Shown: piece after piece, positions 63,201-64,000 of the stretch
Position numbering within the stretch: the stretch's first letter is position 1
How the letters are laid out: each line of letters begins with the position of its first letter
Assembly: GCA_900617105.1 (NCBI GenBank)
Contig: UYFQ01000373.1
Coordinates: 62,001-126,000, forward strand
Length of the DNA: 64,000 nt
Direction: 5' to 3'
From: Hydrurus foetidus
Taxonomy: Eukaryota
The notes under the pieces: model-generated
What the model was told of the DNA's origin: nothing
Database searches by the model: none
What the model saw: the letters and a program-made list of their open reading frames with translations, nothing else
Program-made: the position numbers and the translations under genes

Positions 63201-63603
63201 TCCAACCGGTACGTACACACATGCATACGTCCATTTTTTTCACGCTCATCTTATCACATCTTTTTCCAGATTTCTCTCCTCTGCTACTTATTTCAAACGC
63301 ATATGGTAATACTCAAAACCAGAACACAGAAACTTCATGATCTCATTTTTTCTTCCACACTTTCTTCCTTTATTGTATTTAACATTTATTATTTATTCTG
63401 TTTGGAGATTAGCATAATTCATTTTATGCATTTTAACATGACGAATATTCCTACACTTGCAATTCGTTTTTCCTTCATTGATTTTTAACAGTGAAAAGGA
63501 AATTTTCATCAAAAGATATTGGGTATTTTTTGAAAATTGAAATAAAGTGGGCACCAGTGAAATCCACTTTGTTGCAAAATTTAATCAGTGACGTACTGCC
63601 AAG
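49582..63603 (+). CDS. FANCD2: Fanconi anemia group D2 protein homolog, 3'-partial, >20 exons
   Basis: Exons approx. 49582-49618, 49958-50103, 50700-51042, 51480-51548, 51790-52017, 52515-52838, 53429-53540, 54097-54660, 54912-55204 ... 63491-63603; the gene continues past the window. Recognisable FANCD2 blocks: 'LFVELLSSSG', 'EILDGLESYLD', 'TFLKLLLRLQTIQSKVFSLLAQKL', 'MQLEVITTLPGLTSDRDHAELVEKM', 'ILDTISNL', 'QDVVANLVIHSCS...EVNHALNIL', 'DDVMILLKKFSSSVNVKFRRIAAVG'. It has many Asn/Glu low-complexity insertions. Confidence 0.85.
51165..51325. repeat. Compound (CT)n/(CA)n microsatellite in a FANCD2 intron
   Basis: Direct reading of alternating CT and CA runs. Confidence 0.95.
52265..52382. repeat. 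~118-bp imperfect palindrome (fold-back, MITE-like) in a FANCD2 intron
   Basis: TCCACGTTTAATCGGGACCCACTCCTATACACGACAAATAACTGACCGTACTG pairs with CAGTACGGTACAGTAAATTATCGTGCATAGGGGTGGGTTCACATTAAACGTGGA around a ~10-nt loop. Confidence 0.75.
53719..53862. mobile_element. ~144-bp TA-flanked MITE (FANCD2 intron), same family as 46401 and 26387
   Basis: TATTGTCGAGGTCACAA ... TTTTGACTCCAACAATA. The internal 'TCACTC.ATATTCGTCAA.TATGCTTCAAGAAAATCCTCA.TTGTGCTG' is shared with 46401-46542. Confidence 0.75.
56718..56929. mobile_element. MITE-like fold-back element (FANCD2 intron)
   Basis: The left arm GGCGAATCCGTGATTTTCTCCAGAGGGATTTTCTCT matches the reverse complement of the right arm, GGCAAATCCGTCAAATTTTCTTCACAGAGATTTTCTCT. 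Internal inverted pair TTGGCTGTGTGGGGA / TCCCCACACAGCCAA. No clear TSD. Confidence 0.65.
56964..57178. mobile_element. TA-flanked mariner-like MITE (FANCD2 intron)
   Basis: TACGCCCGCAGAATAAAAGTAACACTT vs AAGTGCTACTTTTATTCTGCGGTCGTA (27 bp, 2 mismatches). There are also inner inverted pairs GGGGAGGTGCAC/GTGCACCCTCCCC and AAAAATGAAAA/TTTTCATTTTT. Confidence 0.75.
58894..59069. mobile_element. MITE copy (family of 61360-61488), right TIR interrupted by an (AAGA)n-type expansion
   Basis: Begins AGACCGTTCCTTACGGAATGAGTTCTGGGAT. Contains ATCCCAGAACTCG, then AAATAAG/AAGA repeats, then TACGGTCC. Confidence 0.65.
59515..59828. repeat. Compound pentamer microsatellite (GATGT)n then (TGTAT/TGCAC)n
   Basis: Direct reading. 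It explains the spurious YCIVL-repeat ORFs in the track. Confidence 0.95.
61360..61488. mobile_element. ~129-bp MITE with ~32-bp TIRs (FANCD2 intron)
   Basis: ACCGTTCCTTACGGTACGAGTTGTGGGATCTG vs the reverse complement of the right end, ACCGTTCCTTATGGTCTGAGTTCTGGGATCTG (4 mismatches). Confidence 0.8.
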
Positions 63604-64000
63604 GTAATTAGTACGTGTGTTTTTACTTCTCTTCTCTTCTCTTTCCTGCTCTCTCCGAAGTGTCTTTTGTATTTTCCTTTCGTTATTTTGTATTATTTGG
63701 TATTGTCATTCTTCCCACTCTTTCATTTCCCTCCTTTCATTTCCTTCTTCCTTTCTCCTTCCTCTTCATTCTTTCTTTTCCTCTTCCTCGACTCTCCTTC
63801 TTTTATCCTCGACGTCTCTGCTCCTCCCTCTCCTCATCTACCTCTCCCTTCCACTCGCTAATTATCAACCCCCACACACTATCATTATCACACTTTCTCT
63901 CACCACCACCATCTCTCTACCAGACTGCTCCTTTTTGCCTCTCTCACTCCCCCATTCCTCACCCCTCTCTTCCACACCCTCTCACAATCCCCTCCCCAAT

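Noticed and set aside
1..64000. Introner-type mass intron gain as the explanation for high intron density
   Set aside because: The introns do not resemble one another in sequence or length. The repeated elements found lie inside introns rather than forming whole introns.

Overview
Eukaryotic, intron-rich nuclear DNA. It is probably from a photosynthetic stramenopile (ochrophyte, possibly chrysophyte-like); this is inferred from the bipartite plastid-targeting-like leader, the gene set and the intron style. Ten protein-coding genes were reconstructed by splicing exons by hand: EngB/YihA GTPase (5'-partial, +), intronless F-box-like/LRR protein (-), HSBP1 (+), 14-3-3 (-), FAE1-type 3-ketoacyl-CoA synthase (-), N-anchored cytochrome b5 (+), Arp1/centractin (-, one conserved exon absent from this sequence), a putative plastid protein fusing two PDZ-like domains to a PPR tract (+), SDS22/PPP1R7 (-) and FANCD2 (3'-partial, +). 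Eight of the ten genes sit in head-to-head pairs. Introns and intergenic DNA carry several small non-autonomous TIR elements (TA-flanked and TTA-flanked MITEs), microsatellites and long purine or pyrimidine tracts. The most notable observations are the PDZ-PDZ-PPR architecture, tandem (GTAC)n arrays at many 5' splice sites, two GC-AG introns sharing the donor GCACGTAC, purine-5'/pyrimidine-3' bipartite introns and the missing Arp1 exon. No tRNA, rRNA, CRISPR array or autonomous transposase was recognised. Most short ORFs in the supplied track are intronic low-complexity noise. Exon coordinates were read by eye and may be a few bases off.
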